Part shown: positions 62,301 to 64,000 of the stretch, one piece after another
Position numbering within the stretch: the stretch's first letter is position 1
How the letters are laid out: the number at the start of each line of letters is the position of its first letter
Origin: Vicugna vicugna
Lineage: Eukaryota
DNA length: 64,000 nucleotides
Assembly (NCBI GenBank): GCA_013265495.1
Contig: MU058781.1
Location: 786,963-850,962 of the forward strand
Direction: 5' to 3'
The notes under the pieces: model-generated
Database searches by the model: none
Told to the model about the DNA's origin: nothing
The model's input: the letters and a program-made list of their open reading frames with translations, nothing else
Made by a program: the position numbers and the translations under genes

Positions 62301-64000
62301 TCCCACCTATGTGGGTTAATAAAGGCAGTTTGTGATTAAGCAGAAATAGGTTAGATATTTGACATATACTAATTAATACCCCAATGCTGAGGAAAAATAG
62401 ATAGCCTTGGACACCTTGATTCCTCCTTTTGTTGACATTCTCTTATCAGGTCTTCTCAGAGTCCACTTCACCCACATTTACCTAAACTTCTGTTGTACTT
62501 TTCCATCATTTACTTCCCCATCATTTTTCTTAACCATCTCTTTTATTTATTCTTCATTATACACTTTTTTTTTTTTGCTCTTCTTAGTATATGATCTTTT
62601 TAAAGCCTAAATTTATTGGGACACCTTCTACGCCACATCAGCATTTACTCAGATGTCTTTCTTATCAAAACTATCTAAGAACACAGCTCACAGTCACAGT
62701 TCTAGAGCTTTGTTAGGCCTCTTGGGAAGCCGTCCCTTTTAGGCCCTTATGTGATAGATCACGCTAATTGCTCCCAGAAATTCCGAAATGCATATTCTTA
62801 CTATCAAGTTGGGTGGCATTAAGCCTTCTCCAGAATTAGGAATTCCAAAATGACAAGGTCACTTTCTCCTAAGTTTTCTGTCATTCACAATCTTTCTCTA
62901 TTGTTGACCATTAGATTCAGAGTAACAGCTTCAATCGTCACTTTTCTTCCAGGAAATGAACTATTGGGATGTCTCCCTGCTCAGGACTCTGTCTTTATTA
63001 ACAGGAACTCCTTAAAGAGCCCAGAGTGTGCAGGCAAGAAGGGAGATGGGGCAGGAGGGGTTTAATTTGCTCAGTATTTGAGGGACTTCCTAAGTGAATC
63101 ATTTAATTGCCCAGAAGCATTCCTCTACCCTGACGTACAACAGCAGGGCCATGGGCCAGCAGCATGTCGCCTTCTGGCTTCCACTGGTTTTTTTTAAATT
63201 TGCTCCTACAATTTTAAACTATTCCCTTTGTCCTCATTACAGCTGCCATCACAAATGTATCAAAAATGTACTTGAGTAAAATGATTTGTACGTCTATGTG
63301 AATATACATCAAATTACAAATATACTTTGGTCAGACAGGTTCGGGAAAGAGGGAATAAAAATATAACTAGCCTTAATTATAGCTGCTAAAGAAACTTCTC
63401 ACTTCTTAGTTAATTCTTGTGGAAGACGTTTCAGTTTCCAATTATGGAATCTGTTTAGAGTCACTTATCTCAAATGATTTGTGCTAGAAAAAAAATAAGC
63501 TAATAACATTATAATCTTACTTATTTTATTTTATGAGTTTCATTGACTACTGGGAGGAAATCCCAGAAAATAAATATGACAAACACCCAAGATCTCACGG
63601 CAGGCTTGTATTTAAATGTGCCAGGCTTTAAAAACAAAAACCAAGCTAGTCTTGTCACATTTTTCAAAGGCAGAAGATGACAGTGAACTATCATATCCAC
63701 GTGGTTTCGTATTTCAAACACAGCAGTATCTCTTTAAGTTACAGACAGCTTAGTTTGTGTGTCTGTGGCCAAAAAGATCATTAATGTTGGGCCAACGTCC
63801 CATTCACCGCAGTGCTGAGTCTGTTTGTTCATCTTTTCCGGAGGGCAACTTGGAGATGTATATTTATGTGTGTAACAAATGCATTCATAAATATTTGTCC
63901 TTTTCAATTCTCATATTCTTTGGCCTGGTAGTTCTGTCAGGACCTAGCTTTAAGAAATAACAAGGAACATCCATGAAATTGACCGAGAAAGAGACTCCAA

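Noticed and set aside
1..64000. ORFs in the supplied six-frame track as protein-coding genes
   Set aside because: All are under 200 aa, many lack an ATG start, they overlap on both strands or fall in repeats, and none resembles a protein I recognise apart from L1 remnants
1..64000. CRISPR array, prokaryotic operon/defence system, NUMT or endogenous viral coding sequence
   Set aside because: No regularly spaced repeats, no gene-dense coding DNA and no mitochondrial or gag/pol/env-like sequence recognised; composition is ordinary mammalian non-coding DNA

Overview
Non-coding mammalian genomic DNA, very probably from a camelid (alpaca, llama or camel). The species call rests on three full-length tRNA-derived SINEs of the Vic-1 type plus one internally deleted copy. 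I found no protein-coding exon, processed pseudogene or genuine RNA gene. The listed ORFs are short chance frames or decayed L1 remnants. The window looks like a large intron or gene desert. It carries typical eutherian repeats (MIR, L2, old L1M, MER5A, MER33, Charlie4, Tigger1, a Tigger2-type MITE, MLT1/MLT2, a MER41-like solo LTR and one younger L1 fragment) interleaved with repeat-free, motif-dense blocks that resemble enhancers. There are two GC/CpG-rich regulatory candidates: ~10.3-10.6 kb (G4, AP-1/MARE, TATA) and ~37.5-38.1 kb (small CpG island with a strong splice donor). I see no evidence for a novel multi-gene system. The most unusual observations are small-scale: an isolated 35-bp doublet ~1 kb apart, a head-to-tail deleted SINE with near-intact TSDs, a MER33 copy with strong local AT-to-GC/CpG gain, a three-level nested TE insertion, and a convergent CTCF motif pair around the CpG island. 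Repeat family names come from my recollection of consensus sequences and need RepeatMasker/Dfam confirmation; boundaries of old repeats are approximate.
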